Source: an uncultured Actinomycetota bacterium
Lineage (GTDB): Bacteria; Actinomycetota; Actinomycetes; Mycobacteriales; Mycobacteriaceae
DNA: 32,000 nt
Assembly: GCA_963816495.1 (NCBI GenBank)
Contig: CAWFKY010000006.1
Span: forward strand, 53,677-85,676
Direction of reading: 5' to 3'
Shown here: positions 1 to 7,670 of the stretch, piece by piece
How the letters are laid out: the number at the start of each line of letters is the position of its first letter
How positions within the stretch are numbered: the first letter of the stretch is position 1
Made by a program: the position numbers and the translations under genes
The notes under the pieces: model-generated
What the model saw: the letters and a program-made list of their open reading frames with translations, nothing else
Database searches by the model: none
What the model was told of the DNA's origin: nothing

Positions 1-123
1 TGTGAGCTCTCCAACGGCGAAGCCAAGAACAACCGAGCCGTTTGCGACCTCGACCTCCTCGACGCCGAGAATCTCTTGGTTGCCAGCTTCAAACGACTCG
101 AGTTGTATCCCTACGGCGGCTGA
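1..123 (+). CDS. 3' end of an upstream CDS (ends ...LVASFKRLELYPYGG*). Function cannot be assigned from 40 residues. Probably the preceding gene of the synthase operon.
   Basis: Frame 1 is open from the window edge to TGA at 121-123. By my count 31 of 40 codons end in G/C, which is coding-like for this genome. Only 6 nt separate the stop from the GTG at 130. Confidence 0.45.
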   Translation, partial: CELSNGEAKNNRAVCDLDLLDAENLLVASFKRLELYPYGG

Positions 124-129
124 GTCGCC

Positions 130-3100
130 GTGAATTTTGAGCCCATTGCGATTGTCGGTCAGGGCTGCGTCCTTCCCGGAGGCCTGAACCCCGACGAGTT
201 ATGGGCGACGGTGCGCGACGGTCGCGACGCGCTCGGCGCAGCGCATCCGGATTATTGGGGGGTATCCCCGGCACGCGTACTGCAAGACCGGCAGGACGCG
301 TCCTACCTCGACCACACGTGGTCTGATCGCGGTGGATATGTGCGCGGGTTTGACGACGCTTTCGATCCCCGTGGTCTCCTGCTCGACGCCGACGAATTCG
401 ACGGCCTCGATCCCCTATACCTGTGGGTAGTTGACGCGGCCCGTCAAGCGCTGGACAGCGCCGGCTGGAGCGCCGGTGCAATCCCGGGTTCAGCCGGGGT
501 TGTTCTCGGCAACTTGAGCTATCCGACGAACAGCATGATCGACCTGGCTGAAAAGGTCTGGCGCGGTGGCGAACACGGGCTTGACTGGCGAAATCGTTTC
601 GTCTCCGGGCTGCCGGCCCATATCGTCGCCAACGCATTGGGATTGACCGCAGGAGCTACGGCCCTCGATGCCGCATGCGCCTCGTCCTTGTATGCGATCA
701 AGCTGGCGTGCGATCGGCTGCACGACCACACCGCGGACGTCATGTTGGCGGGGGGTGTCAACGGCGCCAGCGACTTGCTGCTCCATGTCGGCTTCAGTGC
801 ATTGCAGGCCCTGAGCCGCTCCGGCCAATCGCGCCCCTTCCACCAAGGCGCGGACGGATTGGTACCTGCCGAGGGCGCGGCCGTTCTGGTGCTGCGGAGA
901 CTGCAAGACGCAATCGCCGACGAGAACACCATTTTGGGCGTCATCCGGGGCGTCGGTCTGAGCAACGACGGCCGGGGACGCGGTCTGCTCGTACCCTCGC
1001 AAGAGGGTCAAGAGCGCGCGATGCGGCTCGCCTACGAAATGGCCGGACTTGAGCCGCGCGACATCTCGCTCGTCGAGTGCCACGCCACTGGAACCTCACG
1101 CGGCGACCTGACCGAACTGGTCAGCATGGCAAGCATCTTCGCCGGCCTCGCGGACATACCCATCGGATCCCTGAAATCCAATCTGGGACACTCCATCACA
1201 GCCTCCGGTGCCGCGGGAGCCATCAAGGTGCTCGCGGCGATGCGCGCGGGCGTACGTCCCCCCACGCTGCACGTCGACGACCCGCTACCTTTCATCGCCG
1301 AGTCCCCATTCCGTCTGCTCACCGCGGCCGAACCCTGGGAATGTGACGGGCCACGTCGCGCCGCGATCAACAACTTCGGATTCGGTGGCAATAACGCCCA
1401 CCTCCTGCTCGAAGAATGGATCGAGCCCACCGACAAGCGGGACACTCGCCCGGGAAGGCCGATAACCGAACCTCGAACCGACGATGACATCGCGATCGTG
1501 GGACTCAGCCTGCTGGTGGGTGACGGATGCGAAACCGCTTCCGTCGCAGACCATCTGATGGCGGGCCAGCCGATCCCCAGCCGCGACCGCGGCGGCGCAC
1601 TCGGTGTAAGGATGGCCGAGATCTGCCTCGACCTGACCCAGACCCGTTTTCCGCCAGTCGATCTCAAACAAACCCAGCCGCAGCAACTCGCGCTGCTGGG
1701 CGCCGCTCTCAACATCGACGAGCTCATCAAAGGGCTGCCTCCGGACAGAACCAGCGTCATCGTTGGGATGGGTTGCGATGCCGAAGTGACGCGATTCGGA
1801 GTGCGCTGGCGATTGGCCGACGAGATCGACGACCCCGAGGCGTTGGCGACAGCCCGCGATGATGTCGTCCAAGGGTGGTCGACCGCCGGCGTGGTGGGCG
1901 CCATGCCGAACGTTGTGGCCAATCGGTTGAACAGTCAGTTCGACTTGCGCGGGCCAAGTTTCACGGTATCCAGAGAAGAGCTCTCCGGGACCACAGCCCT
2001 CGAGCTGGCCGCGCGCGCATTACGGCGGGGAGAGATCGACGCCGCCGTGGTCGGTGCGGTGGACCTCAGCTGCGAACCAGTACACGAAGGAGCGGCGCGT
2101 GCGTTGCTCCGACCGGACGAGCAGCTACCTGGCGACGCCGCGATTGTGCTGGTACTCAAACGCGCCGACGATGCCCGCCGTGACGGCGACACAATTCTGG
2201 CCACGCTGCCCGCCGATCAGACTCCACAAGGTGAGTGCCTGCACCTGGGCACCGCGCCAGGCGCGTTGAACCTCTCACCGCTACTGGGCCACGCCCATGC
2301 CGCATCGGGTCTGCTGCACGTTGCCGCCGGCGCGCTCTACGGGCTGCTGGAGGTTTGGCCCGATGGCGAACTGTGGACAGCTCAAAAGCGCGCTGTCGTC
2401 GTTGCGCTCAACGCCTTGGCGGGCCAGGAACAACACATCGTGCTGGTACCACCCGTTGCCGGACATCGCGACGCCGACGAGCTCACCGCCTTGCTCTCCC
2501 CCACCGGCCGAAACCAAACGGGGAAACCCGCGTTGTTGTATTTCCCGGCTCACCTGTCTCCGGTTCGGCTCCCGAGTCACGTTCTGGCTACTGAAGATTC
2601 AGCGTCAGAACCAGATGACCAGCCGGCCTACGTCGCGGAGCCCGTACCGATTTCCGCCGGAGTTACCAGCAGTATCGATCCCCCGCCGGTGCCGATCCGC
2701 ACGGACGCACCGAGATACCAGACCAAGACCTCCCGACTGGAGCAACCCATGACACACCTGCCGGTTCCGCCAGCGCTGCCCAAAGTCGCCGAGGCATTGG
2801 CGCGCGTTCCGCTGGGCGACGACCTGGCCGGGCAAATGCCACCGGAGCCACTGTCGATCGCTGTTGACCTTGATTCCCGAAAGGCCCGCGACACAACGGC
2901 TCACGTGGGCGCTGGCAACGGTCTCGGTGCACCCGACACATTGCCGGAAAAGCCGCAGACGCCACCGAAGAATGAGCCGAGCGACCCGAAACCACCTACC
3001 CACAACCAAGTCATAAAGGTCGACTATTTGCCGGACGGAGGCGCCTACCGGACGATCCAACCCGCGAGGCCCGCCGACAAAGAGGTGCCGAAGCCGACAG

Positions 3101-4515
3101 TCAAGCGTGACCCGGTAGGCCTCACGCTCGACAAGGCCGGCCTGAACGTGCACGCCTCGGGCAAGATTTCAGAGATCTACGGTCCGGCGTTCACCGTGCA
3201 AGACGACTACCTCCGCCAGGTGCGGATGCCCGAACCGCCGCTGTTGCTGGCGGATCGGCTGCTGGGCATCGACGCCGAGCCGGGTAAGGCCGGCAAGGGA
3301 ACGCTGTGGACCGAAACCGATGTCACCGCCGACGCGTGGTGGCTGCATCAGGGGCGGATGCCGGCCGGAATCATGATCGAAGCCGGGCAGGCCGACCTCA
3401 TGCTCATCTCCTGGATGGGTGCGGACTTCGCCAACAAGAGCGATCGGGTGTACCGGCTCCTGGGCTGCGAAGTGACCTATCTGGGGGGCTTGCCCGAGAT
3501 CGGCGACACCCTGCGCTTCGATATCCACGTCGACGGCCACGCCCGTCAGGGCGCTATCCGCATGTTCTTCTTCCACTACGACTGCACGATCGACGGCGTC
3601 GAGCGGATGTCCATGCGCAACGGCCAGGCCGGATTCTTCTCCGACGAAGAGCTGGCCGCGTCCGGCGGAATCCTCTGGCGCCCCGAGGATGAGACCGTCG
3701 ACGGCCCGATGGAACCCATGCCGGCGCAAACGTCGCGCACCTCGTTGCAGCGCGCCGACCTCGACGCGATGGCGGCCGGAGAAATCTTCCACACCTTCGG
3801 CCCCGGCTTCGAGCGCGCCGCCAGCCACACCCGCCCGCCGATCATCTCGGGCGGCGACATGCTGTTCGTCGACGAGGTCACCCAGCTGGACTTCACCGGC
3901 GGCCCCTGGGGTCGGGGCTACCTGCGCGCGGTCTCGCACGTGACCCCCGAAACCTGGTATTTCGACGGTCATTTCAAGAACGACCCCTGCATGCCCGGCA
4001 CACTGATGTTCGAGGGCACGATGCAGACGATGGCGATCTACATGACCGCCCTCGGCATGACCATGGGATGCGACGGGTGGCGCTTCGAGCCCGTACCGTT
4101 CGAGACATACAAGTTGGTCTGCCGCGGACAGGTCACGCCGCAATCGCGCGAGGTAGTCTACGAGGTCTTCGTGCGCGAGGTCATCGCCGGGCCCGAGCCC
4201 ACGCTCTTCGCCGACTTACTCGTCACCGTCGACGGATTGCCCGCTTTCCATTGCGGCCGAATGGGATTGCGGCTCTCTCCCGGCTGCCCGATGGACATGG
4301 GCCTGAAAGAGCTGGTGGGCTATGTCGAGCCCAAGCCCGTCGCCGAAGGCCACGGAGTCAAATTCGACCTCACAGGCGATGCTCGCCTGCGCCGTCGGCA
4401 AGCCCTCCCTGGCCGTCGGCCCGCTCTACGAGAAGTTCGATACCCACCGCAGGGTCGCCCGGCTCCCCGGTCCGCCGTATCACTTCATGTCCCGGGTCAC
4501 CGAGGTCGTCGGTGA
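130..4515 (+). CDS. Synthase fragment 1: KS, CLF, Pro-rich linker, pseudo-DH, FabA-type DH. Meaningful sequence ends near 4378.
   Basis: KS catalytic triad: Cys in DAACASSLYA (codon 676-678), His in ECHATGT (1081-1083), His in KSNLGHS (1189-1191). The second KS-like domain (about 1486-2454) has FTVSREELSG where the Cys motif should be, so it is CLF-like. Pro-rich low-complexity linker at about 2527-3114. PfaC-type pseudo-DH: ISEIYGPAF..VRMPEPPLLLADRL..GQADLMLISWMG. FabA-like active site: DGHFKNDPCMPGTLMFEG (His codon 3970-3972). After ...GVKFDLTGD the translation becomes RLRRRQALPGRRPALRE. Confidence 0.85.
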   Translation: MNFEPIAIVGQGCVLPGGLNPDELWATVRDGRDALGAAHPDYWGVSPARVLQDRQDASYLDHTWSDRGGYVRGFDDAFDPRGLLLDADEFDGLDPLYLWVVDAARQALDSAGWSAGAIPGSAGVVLGNLSYPTNSMIDLAEKVWRGGEHGLDWRNRFVSGLPAHIVANALGLTAGATALDAACASSLYAIKLACDRLHDHTADVMLAGGVNGASDLLLHVGFSALQALSRSGQSRPFHQGADGLVPAEGAAVLVLRRLQDAIADENTILGVIRGVGLSNDGRGRGLLVPSQEGQERAMRLAYEMAGLEPRDISLVECHATGTSRGDLTELVSMASIFAGLADIPIGSLKSNLGHSITASGAAGAIKVLAAMRAGVRPPTLHVDDPLPFIAESPFRLLTAAEPWECDGPRRAAINNFGFGGNNAHLLLEEWIEPTDKRDTRPGRPITEPRTDDDIAIVGLSLLVGDGCETASVADHLMAGQPIPSRDRGGALGVRMAEICLDLTQTRFPPVDLKQTQPQQLALLGAALNIDELIKGLPPDRTSVIVGMGCDAEVTRFGVRWRLADEIDDPEALATARDDVVQGWSTAGVVGAMPNVVANRLNSQFDLRGPSFTVSREELSGTTALELAARALRRGEIDAAVVGAVDLSCEPVHEGAARALLRPDEQLPGDAAIVLVLKRADDARRDGDTILATLPADQTPQGECLHLGTAPGALNLSPLLGHAHAASGLLHVAAGALYGLLEVWPDGELWTAQKRAVVVALNALAGQEQHIVLVPPVAGHRDADELTALLSPTGRNQTGKPALLYFPAHLSPVRLPSHVLATEDSASEPDDQPAYVAEPVPISAGVTSSIDPPPVPIRTDAPRYQTKTSRLEQPMTHLPVPPALPKVAEALARVPLGDDLAGQMPPEPLSIAVDLDSRKARDTTAHVGAGNGLGAPDTLPEKPQTPPKNEPSDPKPPTHNQVIKVDYLPDGGAYRTIQPARPADKEVPKPTVKRDPVGLTLDKAGLNVHASGKISEIYGPAFTVQDDYLRQVRMPEPPLLLADRLLGIDAEPGKAGKGTLWTETDVTADAWWLHQGRMPAGIMIEAGQADLMLISWMGADFANKSDRVYRLLGCEVTYLGGLPEIGDTLRFDIHVDGHARQGAIRMFFFHYDCTIDGVERMSMRNGQAGFFSDEELAASGGILWRPEDETVDGPMEPMPAQTSRTSLQRADLDAMAAGEIFHTFGPGFERAASHTRPPIISGGDMLFVDEVTQLDFTGGPWGRGYLRAVSHVTPETWYFDGHFKNDPCMPGTLMFEGTMQTMAIYMTALGMTMGCDGWRFEPVPFETYKLVCRGQVTPQSREVVYEVFVREVIAGPEPTLFADLLVTVDGLPAFHCGRMGLRLSPGCPMDMGLKELVGYVEPKPVAEGHGVKFDLTGDARLRRRQALPGRRPALREVRYPPQGRPAPRSAVSLHVPGHRGRR

Positions 4516-5500
4516 GCTCGGTGTTCCCAAGGCCGGCACGTCTGTAATCGCCGAGTACGACGTCCCCAGCGACGCCTGGTATTTCGCCGAGAACAAGGGC
4601 GCGAACGGAAAGCCGACGATGCCCAACGCGGTCCTCATGGAGATCGCGCTGCAACCATGCGGCTGGGTCGGCGCCTACGCCGGCTGTCCACTGGACTTCG
4701 ACGTGGACCTGTTCTTCCGCAACCTCGACGGAACGGGTGTGCAGCACCGCGAGATCACGCCCTCGACCGGGACATTGCGGATAAGGGCCACGCTGAAGAA
4801 CATCGCCCAGGCCGGTGGAACCATCATCGCGACCTTCGACGGCGAGATCTCCGATGACGACGGACCCGTCTACACCTACGACACGGTTTTCGGATACTTC
4901 CGCCTCGAAGCGTTGCAGCAGCAGGTGGGGCTGCCGGTCAGCGACGAGCAGCGCGCGCTGCTAGAGCTTCCGTGCTCGGCGCCGGTCGTCGACCTTCGCA
5001 CCCGCCCGGCGGAATTCTTCGGCCCAGGGCCTCGGTTGGCCGACCCGATGCTGTTGATGATGGACCGGGTCACCGGCCGCTGGCCCACCGACGGCGCCGC
5101 CGGGCTGGGCCGGTGGCGCGGCGTCAAGGACGTCAATCCCGACGAGTGGTTCTTCAAGGCCCACTTCTATCGGGATCCGGTGCAGCCCGGATCGTTGGGC
5201 ATCGAGATGCTGCTCCAGCTACTCCAATTCGCGATGCTCGATCTCGGATTGGGCGAGGAGTTGGGGCCGTCGGCGCGCTTCGAGCCGGTGGCGCTGCAAG
5301 ACCCGATCACGTGGCGTTACCGCGGTCAGATCGTGCCGACCAACAAGCAGATCACGGCGCAACATCGAGATCATCCGCATCGAGCGCGGCGCCGACGGCG
5401 TCCTCGCCGTGGCCGAAGCCTCCCTGTGGAACGACGGAATCCGGATCTACAGCGCCTCCAACCTGGGCATGCGTATCACCGGCAGTGCGTCAGACGATGA
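4322..5500 (+). CDS. Synthase fragment 2: second pseudo-DH plus FabA-type DH unit. Meaningful sequence runs about 4379-5359.
   Basis: From 4379 the frame reads MLACAVGKPSLAVGPLYEKFDTHRRVARLPGPPYHFMSRVTEV, the PfaC-type DH lead-in motif. Second FabA-like active site: FFKAHFYRDPVQPGSLGIEMLLQ (His codon 5162-5164). The tail after ...PTNKQITA is Arg-rich nonsense. The first 19 codons of the listed ORF (MSSPSPSPKATESNSTSQA) are probably not translated. Confidence 0.8.
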   Translation: MSSPSPSPKATESNSTSQAMLACAVGKPSLAVGPLYEKFDTHRRVARLPGPPYHFMSRVTEVVGELGVPKAGTSVIAEYDVPSDAWYFAENKGANGKPTMPNAVLMEIALQPCGWVGAYAGCPLDFDVDLFFRNLDGTGVQHREITPSTGTLRIRATLKNIAQAGGTIIATFDGEISDDDGPVYTYDTVFGYFRLEALQQQVGLPVSDEQRALLELPCSAPVVDLRTRPAEFFGPGPRLADPMLLMMDRVTGRWPTDGAAGLGRWRGVKDVNPDEWFFKAHFYRDPVQPGSLGIEMLLQLLQFAMLDLGLGEELGPSARFEPVALQDPITWRYRGQIVPTNKQITAQHRDHPHRARRRRRPRRGRSLPVERRNPDLQRLQPGHAYHRQCVRR

Positions 5501-7670
5501 GCCGCAGGTCCAAACCGGCTCGGCCACGACGGCGACTCCGGCTGAGCCTTGCGAGTCATCTGAGGCGCCGGCGACGACGCTGGAGACGACCCTCGATCCC
5601 GCGAACGACACCTGGGTCGTCGATCACTGCCCCTCGTATGTAATCCCTTCGCTGCCAATGATGTCGGTGCTGGACCTGTTCGCCCAGGCGGCAACTCGTG
5701 CGGCGGCACCGGCCAAGGCCGTCGAAATCAACGACCTACGGCTGCTTCGCTGGATTGTCGTCGATTCGCCGACGAGACTGCGGGTGGTCGTCGAGCCGAC
5801 CGAGCCCGGACGTTTTGAGGGCCGCTTGGAGGTCTGGCGTGATGCACGACGAGCCGAGTTCTCGCGGTGGGAGACACACGCGGAGGCGGTGATCGTCACC
5901 GCGGACGGCTACGAAGGCGAGCCGGCAGCTCCTGCCCCGCTGAAAGATGCTGTCCCTTATGCCAACCCGTATGACGGCACGGTGTTCCACGGGCCCGCGT
6001 TCGCAACCCTGATGGACGGCGCCCGGATAGGCCGCAACGGTTCGTCCGGGACGCTTGCGGTTGATCGGTGCAAGGTCCCCGTGGGCCAGCAACATCCCGG
6101 TCTCCTCGATGGTGCGTTTCACATCGTTCCGCACACCGCGATGAACGTATGGACCACGAACAGTTCGGCTGTCGCGTCGTATCTCGACGCCACGGACCCG
6201 ACCGTCGGGTTTCCGCGTCGCGTCATTTGGGCGCGGTTCTACGGCGAGCCTCCCGAGGACGGGACGGTCGACGTGGAGACCCGGTTTGTCGGGTTCGACG
6301 ACGCGGACGGCCGCATGCCGATCATCGATCTGTGGCTCTACGTCGCGGGCAAGCCGTGGGCCTATCTCCGCATGGTCGAAATCCTGCTGGACAAAGGACC
6401 TCTCGCTGCGGTCAGCGGCCCCCAGCGGCGCGCCTTCGTCGGTGAGCGACGCGCGGTGCCCGGGGTGTCGTTGAGCGATCGAGAGGGCCCCGGGGTGGTG
6501 ACGCTCAGTTCCGCGCGTGCGGCGACCCAGGAGTGGTTCAAAGGGACCCTGAAAGCGGTGTACGACACCGACAGCCAACGGGATGCGCTGATTGCCGACA
6601 TCGCGATCAAAGAAGCGGTCGCCGACGCCGCCCACAGCGCGATCCACCCATCGCAGGTTCACGTCGTCGATGGTCAGGCGAGCTGTCCGGCGCTGCCGCT
6701 GGAGCGCATCGCCGTCGAGCTGGAACAACCTTCTCCGCACGCATGTCGTGCGAGCGCGTCGTTACAGACGGACTGGCAACCACTGCGCAGCTGGTACAAC
6801 GACAAGCTGGGAATGCAGCAAGGCGGATTCGGAGATCTCCTGCACTGGGCCTTGCTGTCGCGCTATGTCAGGCACATCGTGGTCGCGGATCCAGCCGCGA
6901 TGACGGCGATTCGCGGGCGCCCCGTGCTGTTACTGGGCAACCACCAAGTGCAGATCGAGTCGATCCTGGGCACCACGGTCGCGTCGTGGCTGACCGGCAC
7001 GCAGGTCGCGACGATCGCCCATGCCAAACATGAAACCCGTTGGGTTGGCGTTCTTTTGCGGCTTGTGGAAGCGGTGACGGGCAGCGAACTGGGCCACATC
7101 CGATACTTCGACCAGCAGAATCCGCAGCAGTTCATCAGCCTGGTCGAAGAAATCAAGCGCGATGTCGCCGCCCGCGGAGTGTCAACGATGGTGCATGCCG
7201 ACGGAACGCGATACGTGCGCTCCGGTCAGCGCGTCGAAAGGCTCACCTCCACGCTCTTGGATATGGCGGTGGAGCTGTCGATGCCGATCGTGCCGCTGTA
7301 CTTCGCGGGAGGCCTGCCCGAGGAACCGTTGGCCGGCAAGCTCGAGGTGCCTTATCGCCAGGCCGCGCAGGACTACATCTTTGGGCGCCCGATCATGCCC
7401 GAAGAGCTGACCGCGCTGCTCTACCCGGATCGTCGACGCTACGTCATCGACGCCATCAACGCGCTGGCACCATTCAGCGACGCGCCGCACGAGCCAAATT
7501 ACGCGGCGGAGAACCGGATTGCTGCTGCGTTCCCCGGTGCTTCCCCGCTGGAGTCGATATGGGGTTGCATCGAAGACGCCCTGGATGCCCTACCCGTGGA
7601 CTGGCGAACCACGATCGGCCGCGACGAATGGATGGCGGCTAGATCGGCCCAACAGCACACCACCACCTAG
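5409..7670 (+). CDS. Synthase fragment 3: Ser/Thr/Pro linker, PKS-type DH, C-terminal AGPAT/PlsC-family acyltransferase. The frame is meaningful from about 5361.
   Basis: This frame already reads NIEIIRIERGADGVLAV upstream of the listed GTG. DH motifs: VVDHCPSYVIPSLP (His codon 5625-5627), FHGPAF, LLDGAFH. Acyltransferase motifs: LLLGNHQVQIES (His 6942-6944, Glu 6957-6959), HADGTR (about 7194-7211), PIVPLYFAGG. Stop TAG at 7668-7670. Confidence 0.8.
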   Translation: MAEASLWNDGIRIYSASNLGMRITGSASDDEPQVQTGSATTATPAEPCESSEAPATTLETTLDPANDTWVVDHCPSYVIPSLPMMSVLDLFAQAATRAAAPAKAVEINDLRLLRWIVVDSPTRLRVVVEPTEPGRFEGRLEVWRDARRAEFSRWETHAEAVIVTADGYEGEPAAPAPLKDAVPYANPYDGTVFHGPAFATLMDGARIGRNGSSGTLAVDRCKVPVGQQHPGLLDGAFHIVPHTAMNVWTTNSSAVASYLDATDPTVGFPRRVIWARFYGEPPEDGTVDVETRFVGFDDADGRMPIIDLWLYVAGKPWAYLRMVEILLDKGPLAAVSGPQRRAFVGERRAVPGVSLSDREGPGVVTLSSARAATQEWFKGTLKAVYDTDSQRDALIADIAIKEAVADAAHSAIHPSQVHVVDGQASCPALPLERIAVELEQPSPHACRASASLQTDWQPLRSWYNDKLGMQQGGFGDLLHWALLSRYVRHIVVADPAAMTAIRGRPVLLLGNHQVQIESILGTTVASWLTGTQVATIAHAKHETRWVGVLLRLVEAVTGSELGHIRYFDQQNPQQFISLVEEIKRDVAARGVSTMVHADGTRYVRSGQRVERLTSTLLDMAVELSMPIVPLYFAGGLPEEPLAGKLEVPYRQAAQDYIFGRPIMPEELTALLYPDRRRYVIDAINALAPFSDAPHEPNYAAENRIAAAFPGASPLESIWGCIEDALDALPVDWRTTIGRDEWMAARSAQQHTTT

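Larger units (their letters stand above)
130..7670 (+). pseudogene. PfaC/Pfa3-like subunit of a PUFA-type (pfa-like, secondary-lipid) synthase. Domain order: KS, CLF, Pro-rich linker, [pseudo-DH + FabA-type DH] x2, PKS-type DH, AGPAT/PlsC acyltransferase. The reading frame is broken near 4378 and near 5360.
   Basis: Three overlapping ORFs (130..4515, 4322..5500, 5409..7670) lie in three successive frames. The protein-like sequence continues seamlessly across each junction, while the tail of each upstream ORF turns into Arg/Pro-rich nonsense. Motifs are listed under the fragments. Confidence 0.75.

Noticed and set aside
4370-4385. Programmed ribosomal frameshifting as an explanation for the synthase frame changes (also 5350-5365).
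   Set aside because: There is no slippery heptamer and no homopolymer. I saw no obvious downstream stimulatory structure. Two different sites in one gene plus a third in hrpA fit mutation or sequencing error better.
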